A stretch of DNA of 64,000 nt, taken from the NCBI RefSeq assembly GCF_009914755.1, contig NC_060930.1. The stretch is one strand, 5' to 3'. Position 1 is the stretch's first letter. Every line of letters begins with the position of its first letter. A model generated the notes under the pieces. That model saw only the letters and a program-made list of their open reading frames with translations, did no database searches and had not been told where the DNA came from. Positions 1 through 12,962 of this stretch are shown here, one piece after another. The stretch is from the human T2T-CHM13v2.0 reference genome, Homo sapiens. The position numbers and the translations under genes are program-made.

Positions 1-346
1 TCACTGTTGTTGTTGCTTATTTAACTTTTGCTCTGTTTGTATGACTTCATAAGGTGAGTGACTGAGTCCAGGTTTATTCTCCTCTAAAGTCATGACTTCT
101 TGCCCTGATGCTACGTCAAGTCTATGAACCATCCAGTTTAACTAAAATGGGAATGAGACAGAGCTGAAGCACTGAGGACCTGCAGAACCCAGACAATCAG
201 GTGGCATTAGGAGGGTCCAGAAAAAGGTGAAAAGATGAATGACAGATAGGTAGGCCCATCATCAGTGGTCCCTGGGGCAGGCAACATTCAGAAACATGAG
301 CAGAAAGATAATCAGCATGAAAGATGCCTATGATCAGGTTAGCAAC

Positions 347-800
347 TGATATGGTTTGAGTTTGTCACCACCAAAGCTCATGTTGAAATCTGATCCCTAA
401 TGTGGTGGTACTGATAAGTGGAGCCTAATGGGAAGTGTTTGGGTTATAGGGGCAGATCCCTCCTGAATGGCCTGGTAGTGCACACCAATTTTTGTGGTAG
501 TTAGTTCTTGCTCTGGTGAGACTGGATTTGTTCTTTTGGGAATGAGTCAGCACCCAAAGAGTGGATTGTTATAAAGCTGTGGTGCCCCTCTGGTTTGCCT
601 CTTTGCATGTGCCCACTTCCCCTTTGACCTTACGCCATGTTCTGATGCAGCATGAATGCCCTCACCAGAAGCTAAGCAGTTGCTGGTGCCATGTTTCTTG
701 AACTCACCAGCCTGCAGAACCATAATCTAAATAAACCCCTTTTCTTTATAAACTACCTAGTCTCAGGTACTCTATTATAGCAACACAAAACATTAAGACA
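347..800 (+). mobile_element. MaLR solo LTR, MST family
   Basis: Starts TGATATGGTTTG...CTCATGTTGAAATCTGATCCC; 3' part has AATAAACCCTTTTCTTTATAAACTACCTAGTCTCAGGTA...TTATAGCAACAC...TAAGACA, typical MST termini. Confidence 0.85.
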
Positions 801-869
801 CCCAGCTAAGTACCTGGGATCAAAGCAGAATTCTAGTGTGACACAGTGGAAAGGCCCTTGCCCTTGGTG

Positions 870-1100
870 TGAGGAAAGCATGGCTTCCTCCTGCTTATGT
901 GATCTTAAGCAAGTTATTGACCTCTCTGAGCCTTATTTTCTTACTTATAAAATAGGGCTAATAATGACTATTGTGGCAGGGCTAGAATTATATATAAGGA
1001 CTAGAATTGTAAGGACTAGAATTATATATAAAATATGTGGTGCACTACGTGGGACATGGGACATAGGAGTTATTTAATAAATGGTAACTGCTTATATTAT
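870..1100 (+). mobile_element. MIR SINE
   Basis: Core TGTGATCTTAAGCAAGTTATTGACCTCTCTGAGCCTTATTTTCTTACTTATAAAATAGGGCTAATAAT. Confidence 0.75.
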
Positions 1101-1402
1101 TATAAATGCAGGAGCTGATCATTTAAGCACAGCCTCACTCCTAAATAATCTGTCAAAGCATAGGTGCAGGTACTGGATGAACAAGGTAGATTCAGTTATT
1201 AGTTATTACTCAGAACCAAGATAAGATTCCATTTGCCTGCATGGGAACAAAGATCAGAGCTGGAGTGTGTTTAGAAGTCACCTAAATATTGTACTAGAAT
1301 TCCTCATATTCCCATTTGAAGCATCTGATGACTCTGATACCAAAGGAGCATCATTTAAGTTTGTGAAGTTCTTTTTCCACAATGCAGTCAATGAGTTAAC
1401 AC

Positions 1403-1740
1403 TGTTCTAGTTCCCTTGGCTCAGTAACAAATTACTCCAAAACATACAGGCTTAAAACAATGACAATGACATTTGCTTTGCTTGCAAATCTTTAATTTAG
1501 GAAGGGCTTAGCAGCATGGCTGGTCTGTGCACCACTCAGTTTCAGCTAAGGTGAAGGCTAGGACTGCAATCAACTGTGAGAGACTCCTTCACCCACATGA
1601 TGCTGGCTGCTAGCTGAGACTTTCAGGACTGTCGGCTAGAACACCTAACTCACGGCCTCTCCATGTGACCTGGTCCTGACCCTGGACCTTGTCATATTAT
1701 GACTGTCTAAGAATGAATAGTGAGAGAAAGAATCACTGGG
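1403..1740 (-). mobile_element. Old MLT1-family LTR fragment
   Basis: GTAACAAATTACTCCAAAA...GGCTTAAAACAA and CACGGCCTCTCCATGTG motifs of antisense MLT1. Confidence 0.6.
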
Positions 1741-1905
1741 AGGAAGCATAAAGTCCTATCCATGAAGGGGGAGCATCAACATTACAATTTTAAAAGAGCA
1801 TATTGGCTGAGATATAGCAATAGGGCCATCTTTCTATTTATTCTATTTATCATTCACTTCTAGGCAAAATAAATTCGCCACTCAGCTTTTAAAAAAACTT
1901 TTTCA

Positions 1906-2210
1906 GGCTGGATGTGGTGGCTCCCACCTGTAATCCCAGCACTTTGGGAGGCCAAGTCAGGCAGATCACCTGAGGTCAGGAGTTCATGACCAGCCTGGCC
2001 AACATGGTGAAACCCTGTCTCTACTAAAAATACAAAAATTTGCTGGGCATGGTGGTAGACGCTTGTAATCCCAGCTACTTGGGAGACTGAGGCAGGAGAA
2101 TTGCTTGAACCTGGGGTGCGGAGGTTCCAGTGAGCCAAGATAGCTCACACCATTGCACTCCAGCCTGAGCAGCAAGAGTGAAACTCCATCCCAAAAAAAA
2201 CAAAAAAAAA
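1906..2210 (+). mobile_element. Alu (AluSq-like)
   Basis: Full dimer with CACCTGAGGTCAGGAG, TACTAAAAATACAAAAA linker, CCATTGCACTCCAGCCTG...CAAGAGTGAAACTCC and A tail. Confidence 0.95.
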
Positions 2211-2599
2211 TCAGACATGTATAAAAAAGTAATCAAAAATAAATAAAATTAATTTAGAAGAGTAATTTGATCTAAATGAAAAGTCATGATCCACAGTGAC
2301 ATGCAATGCACTTTTTGCCCCCACATGTGTTAAATCATTGTTTTCAGAAACTATTTTCTTAAAATAATTACTAATTTTTGAGTAAATGCTGATGCTTCTT
2401 CATTAGATTTATGTCTTCTCTTTTTTTTGTGGTCAATTATACTACAACAGTCTCCTTTGGTGGATGATACATTTCAACAAATATTTATGCAAGTTATTCA
2501 TTCCTCACCCTTTCTTGAGAAAAAAAATTTAGTACTCAATATTTCATGAAACATGAACTTTTGTTTTTGGCCTAATTGCCAACAAGAGTTTATTACAAA

Positions 2600-3818
2600 A
2601 TTAACAAACAATCCCAAGCAACAAAATAAACTGATGTATACCTACAATGAAATATTATTCAGTCTTTTAAAAGGAAAGAAATTATTACACATGCTAAAAC
2701 GTGGATGAACCTATGCTAAGTGAAATAAGCCAGTCACAAAAGGACAAGTTTTTTTTTATTATTATACTTTAAGTTTTAGGGTACATGTGCACAACGTGCA
2801 GGTTTGTTACATATGTATACATGTGCCATGTTGGTGTGCTGCACCCATTAACTCGTCATTTAACATTAGGTATATCTCCTAATGCTATCCCTCCCCACTC
2901 CCCCCACCCCACAACAGTCCCCAGAGTGTGATGTTCCCCTTCCTGTGTCCATGTGTTCTCATTGTTCAATTCCCACCTATGAGTGAGAACATGCGGTGTT
3001 TGGTTTTTTGTCCTTGCGATAGTTTGCTGAGAATGATGGTTTCCAGCTTCATCCATGTCCCTACAAAAGACATGAACTCATCATTTTTTATGGCTGCATA
3101 GTATTCCATGGTGTATATGTGCCACATTTTCTTAATCCAGTCTATCATTGTTGGACTTTTGGGTTGGTTCCAAGTCTTTGCTATTGTGAATAGTGCTGCA
3201 ATAAACATACAGGTGCATGTGTCTTTATAGCAGCATGTTTTATAATCGTTTGGGTATACACCCAGCAATGGGATCTCTGGGTCAAATGGTATTTCTAGTT
3301 CTAGATCCCTGAGGAATCGCCACACTGACTTCCACAATGGTTGAACTAGTTTACAGTCCCACCAACAGTGTAAAAGTGTTCCTATTTCTCCACATCCTCT
3401 CCAGCACCTGTTGTTTCCTGACTTTTTAATGATCACCATTCTAACTGGTGTGAGATGGTATCTCATTGTGGTTTTGATTTGCATTTCTCTGATGGCCAGT
3501 GATGATGAGCATTTTTTCATGTGTCTTTTGGCTGCATAAATGCAAAAGGACAAATATTGTGTGATTCTATTTCTATGAGGTACCTGGATCTATAGTTAAA
3601 TTCATAGGGGAAGAATGTAGAATGATGGTTATCAGGAGCTTGGAGAGTTAGTGTTTAATGGGCACAGAGCTTCATTTTGGGAAGATAAAAAGTTCCAGAG
3701 ATCAATGGTGGAGATGGTTGCAGAATAATGTGGTTATACTTAATGCCACAAACTGTACACTTAGAAATAATTAAAATGGCAAATTTTATGTATATTTTGC
3801 CACAATAAAAATGTAAAA
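2600..3818 (+). mobile_element. L1MB-like 3' end, split by a younger L1PA insertion
   Basis: ATGCTAAGTGAAATAAGCCAGTCACAAAAGGACAA resumes after the L1PA as CAAAAGGACAAATATTGTGTGATTC...GATGGTTGCAGAATAATGTG...CACAATAAAA. Confidence 0.8.
2748..3542 (-). mobile_element. 5'-truncated L1PA (L1PA4-like), ~0.8 kb
   Basis: L1 3'UTR plus ORF2 C-terminus (ORF 2966-3553: [18 protein letters not shown]...GGN*); T-tail; TSD CAAAAGGACAA at 2737-2747 and 3543-3553. Confidence 0.95.
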
Positions 3819-4379
3819 ATACTGATCATATTTATTTTACATATTAAATGACAAACCATTGTTTAAAAAATTCAGGATATTCTATGAGCTCTATTGAAGA
3901 ACTGTTCTGCTCCCATATCTTGTACATATTTCTATTGTTATATATAACCTATAATTTCTCAATTTCTCCACTGACCCCACCAACAAGCAGCCTGGTGGCT
4001 TCATGAAAATGGTTCATATAAGCAGCTAGCTGCTACACCAAGTCTCCAGTAGGAGCTGGTAGCAACATCGAATACTTCTCCCACTGTCATTTGAACTAGA
4101 AAAAAGTAGCTATCTATAGAGTCTGGGTACAAGTTGTTTCACTGGAGAGTATGTCCTCTTCCTGCATGCTGCATGCAAGAGATGTGTGAGTTACTTTTCA
4201 CCAGGTAAGGGGAGGTGGGGAGAAAAAGGTTATCGCTGGTCATCTCTCAGACTGAACACGTGTTAAAGTGAGAATTCTGTTCACTACGCATGCACCTTAC
4301 CCACTACTAGACAAGACCATGACAGAGACCAAGAAGTACTTCATGGAGATGGTACCAAATCCAGCCCAGATTATTTTAA

Positions 4380-4510
4380 TGCAACTATTAACAATAATAC
4401 TGTCCTTAAAAATGAAAACATTTGGGAGAAATATTAAATAAAAGGGAAACATTAAGGCAATAGCATAAAACAAGACTGCCTTGGATATACCGGGACTTGT
4501 GGTCACCCTA
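4380..4510 (+). mobile_element. MER94/MER81-like hAT MITE remnant
   Basis: Ends GCATAAAACAAGACTGCC...ACCGGGACTTGTGGTCACCCTA, the terminal repeat of this family. Confidence 0.5.
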
Positions 4511-4620
4511 AAATGGGAATAACAATTAAACATACCTTATTATAAGAGTCATTGTGAGAATTAAATAAGAGCATTGTGAAAGTACTTTGTAGAATCTAAA
4601 GTGTTACATAAATGTGTCTA
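4510..4620 (+). mobile_element. MIR 3' fragment
   Basis: AAATGGGAATAA...TTGTGAGAATTAAATAAGAG...TGTGAAAGTACTTTG. Confidence 0.55.
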
Positions 4621-4659
4621 TATTGATCTATATATGCATTCTTGCCCACTAATTATTTC

Positions 4660-4960
4660 AAAAAGAATTTTACCATTATTTTGTAAATTCTTATAAAATA
4701 TCTTGCTGTGATTTTTAATAGGCATTGCATTAAATCTATATATTAACATAGGGAGTACTGTCATGTTCACCATTTTTACTCTTTCAAATAAATAGTGTAG
4801 TATAGCTCCCTACTTACTCAAGTCTGCCTTTATTGTCCTCATTAGAGTGTTATAGAGTCTTTAAATAAATCTTTTTGTCCTGGATGATATTAGTAGCCAA
4901 GAATTTAATGTCCTGTTTCTATTTTAACAGAATCTCCATTTTCATTGCATTTTTCAGCCT
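4660..4960 (-). mobile_element. Ancient L1M ORF2-region fragment
   Basis: GATTTTTAATAGGCATTGCATTAAATCTATATATTAACATAGGGAGTACTG, degenerate antisense L1 ORF2. Confidence 0.55.
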
Positions 4961-5059
4961 TGAATCACTGGTGTCAGAAAGATGTTTTTTCCTCTGTGTG
5001 GTGAATTAATCCTATATCCTTTTCTCACACATTCACCCCATTTGAACTCACTGCCTCCT

Positions 5060-5880
5060 ATGGTTTCAATTCTAAAATTTCTACCCCAAGTCCCACTTCC
5101 CAGAACAACAAACACATCTACACAACTGTTTGCTGCCAAGACATCCCACAGGTACCTCAAACTTAATACAACCAGCAGAAAATTCATCTTTCTCCCAGAA
5201 CCTCCTGTTCCTTTGATATTTCTAATTGCAGTGAGCCATAGGCCCTATTGCACAAGCTCAAAACTCAGAAGTCAACACTGACCCTGTCTTCTCTTCTACC
5301 TTCACTCTCATTAGACATCAAGTCATGCATATTCTACCTCCCTTGTAGCTCTTGAATCCAATGTCCTCTCTCTTCAGGTTCAGGCCTGGACATAGGTAGA
5401 GGTTTTGGTTTGGGTTTTGGTTTAACTGTTCTTCCCTCCCTCCTCCCTGGAGTATCAATTACCAGCTCCAGTTTCACCTGACTCTCCCCTTCCCCAATCC
5501 CTCCCCACCCTTACACACACTCCAGATGTTCTTCATATGACAGCCAAAGGGATTTTTCTGAAACCATGCTGTTTCTATGCTTAGAATCTTCAAATGTTAC
5601 CCATAACCTCTAGCTTGGTGGTACCTGTATCCGCAACCTCGTCTCTCGGCACTGAACCATCTGCCCACCCTTGGTCCCCTTTACTATAGTTACACTAATT
5701 TATTTCCTGCTTTCAAGATCATTCTATTCTATTCTATTCTCTGGACTTAATATGATTCCCATTCCCTCCATCTGAGAACACTCTCAAGTTCTTCAGGTCT
5801 GCTGTAAGAGACCACTCATCTCCTGGAAGCCTTCTCTCATTCTCTTCTTGGTTAGACTCTACAGTCTGTTTACTCGTATA
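5060..5880 (+). mobile_element. L2 LINE fragment
   Basis: ATCCCACAGGTACCTCAAACTTAA, CAGCCAAAGGGATTTTTCTGAAA, CTCCTGGAAGCCTTCTCT motifs. Confidence 0.65.
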
Positions 5881-7342
5881 TCTCTAGAAGCAGAACATGT
5901 ACATGTCAGAGGTGGGCACCCCTGAGTGGACTTATGTCAAGGACAACATAGTGCGCGTCCTGCTTTTGAAGTCTTGACATCCCAGGGGAAAAGCAGATCG
6001 CAACAGAAACATATCAGCACTTGACATTTGGTCGTACATGAAACCAGCTACCTAAAGTGGAAAGTGCAAATTACTTTTATATTTGTTCTGCATGCTTGGC
6101 AAGAATAGCAAAACCTTTGTCACAATAGACTGAAATCAAAGATAAACCATGGAGGCAACTCCTAGCACTGTGCCAGATCGTGGCTCCTCCCACTCTGCCA
6201 GGGCCTCTGATCCGGGAAACAGGTGGTCAACACAGGAGCATCAAGTAAGGGTCAGAGAGTCTGTGACATGCCCTCACCTACATGAGAATCCAGTATTCGC
6301 TGTTTGTTTGATTATTTTTCATTACCAGCTTAAAGAACAGGGATGGGTCATTCTGGAGTTAACAGCTCTGGGGTAAATTATTAGGGAAGGGCAGAGGGAT
6401 CTCCATGAGTCCAGGAGGCAGCCGACTGGATTCTTTGTGGTCCTAATGGAGGGTGAGAGTAGCAAAGATGCCAGTGGAAGGTGTGCTTATTTTGGTGTTT
6501 GCAGTGAGTTTCTATCTTTAAATGTGTTAAAAGTGAAATGCATAACAAATCTTAGTTTTCCTGTTTATCTGTTTTCCAGAAAATTCTAGCATAACATAGG
6601 GGGAGAAAGCAATTACATAGTATATTCCCAGTGGACAATGTACCTTCCTTTTGCCACTGACATCTCTTGGGACAAAACATGGTTAGTCAAGGACTGAAGC
6701 ACATTATATACACACCAGCGAGTGTACCCACTTTAGACTGCATTGTAACTTTTAGTCTATCTTCTTATGTTAGTTTCAAGAATATCTCTTGTATGCAGCT
6801 ATGTGCTCAATTCTGATTTGTTGTGGTTGCTGATGTCTAAACTAGGAATCAACCTTCTTTTTTAAATAACTTATTTAAATAACTATTAAACTTATGAAAT
6901 GTTTTATATGCTGCCCTGTAACCTTTACTATTTTTCTTGGCTTTGTCGTTTTATTTTACACAAACAGAATACAAAAATAAATTAATCTTTTTGTTTTGTT
7001 TTAGAAACTGAGTTGGAATATAATCTATTTTTCTAATCTAATCTTATTACTTGTATTAGCTAAGGAAATGTCTAGAAGAGATCAGACATGCAGCTGTTTG
7101 GGTTTTTCCCACCTTTCACTTTCCTTAATTGCCTCCATGATTATATATTTTTAAAGCTCTGTCTTAACACCTGGTAGTTTTCAGAGCATATAAACAATTT
7201 CAGTGATGTACAAACCCAATCAGGTGGCAGGCCTTTTATAACTAGTTATGATATTCTTATATTTCTGATAACTTCATAAATATTCATTCAACAAATATTT
7301 ATTGACTATCTCCTATGTGCTGGGTTTGGGGGGTGTGATGGC

Positions 7343-7857
7343 TTATCAGTTCACTTTTGTTGTCTACCAAATCACCTCTAAACTTTGTGGCTTCAAATAG
7401 CAAATATATATTGTTTCTCACAATTCTCTGTGAAGGCAGGGCAGTTCTTCTACCCTGAGCTACCTGGGAAGATCACCACTGGGTGCATTCATGTGTCCAT
7501 GATTAGCTGGCAGTATGACTGGTGACTGGTGAATCTAGGATGATCTCACTCACATGCCTGGCAGTTGGCACGTGTTGGCTGAGATGCCTAAGTCTCTCTC
7601 CATGTGCCACTCATCCTCCCAGTCTAGCTCAGAATTGCTTACATGGCAGTTTCAGGGATCCAGGTACAGCAAGCCCCAATACAACTCTGCCTACATCATG
7701 ATTGCTAATGTCCCACCAGCCAGAACAAGTTCCATGAGCAGTCTAGATTCAAAAGGTGAAGAAACAGACTTTACCCCTGATGGAAGGATCTGCAAAGTCA
7801 CATCACAGGAGAGCGGATGCAAAGAACGAAGACCACGTGGCTATTCTTGCAATCAAC
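7343..7857 (-). mobile_element. Old MLT1 LTR (3' LTR of MaLR provirus)
   Basis: CAAATCACCTCTAAACTTTGTGGCTTCAAATAGC...TCTCACAATTCT; CTGCAAAGTCACATCACA...GGCTATTCTTGCAATCA; internal sequence follows directly. Confidence 0.7.
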
Positions 7858-8420
7858 CAAATTCCATCCCTAGCTGCAAATTATTCACATTCTTCCCACA
7901 TGCAAAGTACTCCCACTCCCATCTCAGGACATCTGAAAATCCCATCCAGTGATGGTAGTGGATTTGAAGTCCAGGATTTTGTGACCAAAATCAGGTCAGC
8001 ATGTAGCTCCTCTTGACCCAGAAGCCAATGAGCTTAAAAGATGAGCTATCTGCCCTCATACACCCACATGCAATCACAAGACAAGAACAGGAGAACTGCA
8101 GTAGGTCCTCCTACTCCAAAAGGGAAAGAATGGGAAGTACCCTACCAGTCACCAGTCCATGGCAATTGTGAAATACAATGGAGCACAGGTTGTCAGGATC
8201 CCCTGCTGTGGAGGCAGAGAATGTTTCTTGATTAGGGCCCAGTTCTGCTCCTTGGGAATAGCTCCCCAGACTGTTATTCTCTGATTCTCCTTGAGACTGG
8301 ATGTCTAGTCCATTGCCCTTCAAGACTGTGGCTTCACCCTCTGGGCTCTTGGCTTTTTGAATTAGCCATCTGAGATATACTCCCTTTTTTCCAACAGAAT
8401 GGCCTATGTTTGAAGCTGCC

Positions 8421-8934
8421 TACGGTGGGAAGATAATTCTCCATGGGTCTTTTGCATTTCTGTACATCTTACAAGTAGCATCACTGACTGTTTTTGTTCC
8501 GAGCTATCTTTTGTTTAAAGATATTTGTGAAGTGAACAGTCTTGGAATGTAGAGACAATGTCGCCCTCTGGAGCAAAAGGCAGGTTTGCTTTAGCCTTAG
8601 AAGATAGAGGTAATGTGTCCCTTTGAGACAATGGGCAGGCATACCTACTGCCTAATATAAAAGATTCAGATTCCCAAACTTCAGAGTTCCTCTCCTATAT
8701 TGCAAACCATTGCATGTGCACGTGTCACATGGCTCTCTTTCTATCACCATATGGGAATTGCAGCTCAGAGAACTAGCACAAATACACTCCTGCTCATGCT
8801 ACTTGTCATGCCATGAATAATAAACTGTCCTTTATTTTAGTCTCTGACCTTGGAGGTCCATGTCTTTTGACAATACCCACAATATGTTAGCATGTAAGTA
8901 GAATAAAATCTCAGCCCTTTTATAGTTCTTGACA
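8421..8934 (+). mobile_element. ERVL-class solo LTR (LTR47-like)
   Basis: TAATTCTCCATGGGTCT..GCATTTCTG; two ~50 bp internal repeats ending GGCAGG; TATAAAAGATTC; AATAAA; ends TAAAATCTCAG...AGTTCTTGACA. Confidence 0.7.
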
Positions 8935-9209
8935 ACTGCTTTCAACATGGAGAAAATCGGGAGGCCAGAAATCTCTTTGCAATTTAAGCAATTTCATTCT
9001 TTTTTTTTTTTAGAACAAATGTGTTGTTCTTTGGTTGGTATAACTCCCTTAAAATATCTATGGGCTTTTCATGAATCAGATTATGGTCCACTCCCTTTAA
9101 CAAAAGCTACATCCACAATTCTTTTCCAGGTAGGCCCTTTTTACTTTAAGCAGCATGTTAAGCTACTGTAGCATAATGCCTTAAGATTCTTGGAAGTTCT
9201 TTTGTCTAG

Positions 9210-9757
<548 letters not shown>

Positions 9758-10085
9758 TGCAATATCTTATTATATACATTCACAAGCATCTTGACACTTC
9801 CAGCATTTTACTTGATAATCTACTTAACCAAATACAAAATTTTGTTAGGTATATTTTTTATCTTCCAAGTTACTACATACAATATTTTTGACAATTGTTT
9901 TGCTACTATGTTACATGTATTGCCACCTTCCCAACTTTGAAAAATAGTTTTCATCATTTTTCCAGTCTTCACCAACAGTTTCCTTGCACTTTTCTAGATC
10001 CACCCCCTGCCTAGCCCCAAAGCTAATGGCACATGTATTGAGTTTTTTTCCGGCAGCAACCTGTTTCTAGGTATCAATTTTTCTG

Positions 10086-10500
10086 CTGTATCAATTATAT
10101 TTTGCTGCATAACAAGCCATCCCAAAAGTTAGTAATTTTATTTTCTCGTGATTCTGCGGATCATCTGTTTGGTCTGGACTCAGCGCGCCATTGTTCTTCT
10201 GGTCTCTCCTGGGATCTGTCATATAGCTGAAGTCTCTGGCAATTTGACTGGAGTGGGATGGCTTAGGTGTCTCTGGTGGTTAGTGCCAGCCACAGGCTCC
10301 ACAAGGTCTCATCCTAAAGATGGCCAGCCCAGGTTTTTTTACAAGATAAAATCAGGGCTCAGGGCTCCAAAAGGGCAAAAGCAGGAGTTGCAAAGCATCT
10401 TGAGGCCTAGGCTCTGCGATGTCACTTCCACCACATTCTATTGGTCAAAGCAAGTCATAAGGCCAGTCCAGAAATAAACTCCATCTTTTGATGGGAAGCA
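10086..10500 (-). mobile_element. Old MLT1 LTR (5' LTR of the same provirus)
   Basis: TGTATCAATTATATTTTGCTGCATAACAAGCCATCCCAAAA...CACATTCTATTGGTCAAAGCAAGTCATAAGGCCAG...ACTCCATCTTTTGATGGGA. Confidence 0.7.
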
Positions 10501-10504
10501 TTAC

Positions 10505-10900
10505 CATAGTGGATGCTGTGTTGTATGGCCCTGATCCTTCTTCCAGGACCAAAGCACTCCTTCCCCATCCCGTGGAAGCGTTGGCTGCTGATAGCCACAG
10601 CTGAGACCCTCCCCAGGAATTGCCCTCTGCCAAGGTGAGTTTCCTAATCTCAGGTTACACCACTCCCTCAGGGGCCCTCCAATCCAATGACTCACACTCC
10701 TTATCTCAATGAAAGATACCTCTGAGGGTTCCTTCCATATTCAGAGCTCCCATGAGATTGACGAAGGTCACTCTTGTAGCTTCTGTCCAATCCTGTTTCC
10801 CTCATACCCTCACAGATAGTCCCAAGAGCATTCCTCAATAAATTGCATGCATGAAAATCTTCCTCAGAGTCTGTTTCCAAAAAAACACAACCTTAAGACA
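10505..10900 (+). mobile_element. LTR16-family ERVL solo LTR
   Basis: GTTGGCTGCTGATAGCCACAGCTGAG...GGAATTGCCCTC; CTCAATAAA; ends CAGAGTCTGTTTCC...TAAGACA. Confidence 0.75.
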
Positions 10901-10925
10901 GCAGAAAGTTACATTTCAACCTACC

Positions 10926-11140
10926 ATAGTTGCACAGTAAACCACTCCAAAACTTAATGGCTTAAAACAGCAACCACGTATTACTTCCCAGGAGCCTGCA
11001 AATTGGCTGAGCAGCTGGATGATCTAGGGTGGCCCCATTCACATGTTAGGTAGTTTGTAGTTTGCCCATTGAGTTGGCTTAGTTCTTCACATGCCTCTCA
11101 TTCTGTAGCACGCTAGTCCAGGCTTATCCATATTGCAGAT
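10926..11140 (-). mobile_element. MLT1 LTR fragment
   Basis: AAACCACTCCAAAACTTAATGGCTTAAAACAGCAACCA. Confidence 0.6.
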
Positions 11141-11149
11141 TGGCATAGA

Positions 11150-11370
11150 TTTTTTTTTAAGCTGCCACAAATTCTTCCTTTCCCTACATGCATGTCCTTG
11201 CAATGGGATGTTGCAGATCCTGTTGACCACAGAGGCATGAGTAAGCTCAGCAGAGATCAGCTAAAGCAACCCAGACCAGAACCGAGCCACAGAATCATGG
11301 CAAGTAATAAATGTTTCTTGTTTTGAACCTCTGAGATTGAAGTGGCTTGGTTCACAGCAGAAACTACATA
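11150..11370 (+). mobile_element. MLT1 (H-like) LTR fragment
   Basis: GCTGCCACAAATTCTT...CCACAGAATCATGGCAAGTAATAAATG...TGTTTTGAACCTCTGAGATT. Confidence 0.55.
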
Positions 11371-12736
11371 TGCGAATGTAATATGCAGCGGTTAGCAAAA
11401 CCGACCTTTCATCACACCAACAAAGAAAAATTTTATTAGCAAAAAATATATACAATATAAAATCACAAAAAGAATAAACACATGCCCATAAAGATCAAAG
11501 TATTAGATTAGTAATTATTATCTTTTCCTGAAATTTTCCAATAATATTTCATTTCTATCCATTCTTTCATATAGTAGATATGGAAGTTTTAAGAAAAAAT
11601 TCAATGAGGGAGGAGAAGTGAGTGTTCAATTGAAGAAGTTATACTTCAACTTATTTTTCTGCACATTAGGAAAACATTACAATCATTTTATTAGTTGGAT
11701 ACCAATATTCTGCAGAAGGGCATTTGCGGATGACTGTCTAATTTACCTATTGATTTTATTTTACACATTGATCTTGCCCTTTGGGGATGTTCTAGTCTAC
11801 TTATCACTTATTAGTGTCTTTCATCTACTCTCAGATCCATAAAATCTTTTGTAATGATCTTGCCAACTGTGAAACTTTGTCAACAACCTGTCTGGGCTTC
11901 TCTAGACTTTAAAATCATCCATTTCTACTCTAAAAAAAGTAAAGTTGACTTAACCAGGCATTATAATTATGGTGATAACTCCATTTCTGTTTGTTTACTA
12001 GTTATTTCCCCCTCCCCAAGTCCTTCTTTTCTCTGAAACTGAGGATCAAGAAAACCATTCTTACCAATCATTTCTGCTTTCTTCTTGACATCTTCTAAGT
12101 ATCTTTTAAAGTTGTTCATACTGTGACACGAGTGAATCTGCTGATACCGGGCCTCCTGTGAGATTAGAAGGTTTTCTTCGTCCACTTATTCAACAAGTAT
12201 TGATTGAGTGACTGTGATATGAAAGGCATTCTGCTAGACATGCAGGAGCTACCAAGACATCTTCAGAGCCCTGACCAGATAACCACACGTTCATTCTGCT
12301 GACTCTTCTATTTCTCCTCATACTCCGATTATTCACAAATTCTGTGTCCTGTACACATTTTCTCTGTATGAGTCATCTCTTGGAAACTTAGCTCTGATTG
12401 AGCTTTGCTGAGTTGTGACCTTGGACATCATCAATTCTTCATGGGGCAGTGCTTCCTTGCCTCTCTCATATTTTTTTTTCTGTTATCATTAAGCATTATT
12501 TGACTTGCAAATGTCAGTTATGTTGTAACAGAATGGTAAGTATTGGCTGTTCATTAAAATAGCTGAGCACTGAGCTTTGAAAAGGCTAGAATTGAGTTTT
12601 CAAGTCCTAGAGAGAGCAGAAAATATACTATTCTACTCAGAAGCAGGAATGTCACTCTAATTCTCGGCAGGAAAACAAAATTGTTTTAAATAATGAATTG
12701 TATTTCTGCTTCCATGACTTTCCAAAGCTGGTTGGC

Positions 12737-12962
12737 ATTATAGCATAGTGGTTAAGCTTTAAGCCTCTAGAGTTCAAATTCTAGTTCTACCCCTTGTCAG
12801 TTATGTGACCCTAGTAACACACTTTCTAAGTCTCAATTCATCTGTAAAATGGTGATAATGGAATTCAACTAATTGGGGAATAAATACAATAATTCATGTA
12901 AAGCACTTAACATTGTGCCTCTTATGAGGTAAATATTTAATAAATAATAGTTATTATTATTA
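12737..12962 (+). mobile_element. MIR SINE
   Basis: TATAGCATAGTGGTTAAG...TATGTGACC...TCATCTGTAAAATGG...ATGTAAAGCACTTAAC...TATTATT. Confidence 0.8.

Noticed and set aside
2737-3558. Apparent non-canonical endonuclease site for the truncated L1 (11 bp TSD ending in ACAA)
   Set aside because: The TSD extends to 16 bp with two mismatches (CAAAAGGACAAGTTTT vs CAAAAGGACAAATATT), giving a TATT/GT nick compatible with ordinary target-primed insertion.
4255-4296. GTGAGAATTCTG..CACT resembling antisense tRNA-Gly
   Set aside because: Only a short match; no cloverleaf or B box.
8538-8640. Two ~50 bp direct repeats inside the ERVL LTR
   Set aside because: As I recall, this duplication is part of the LTR family consensus, not a locus-specific event.
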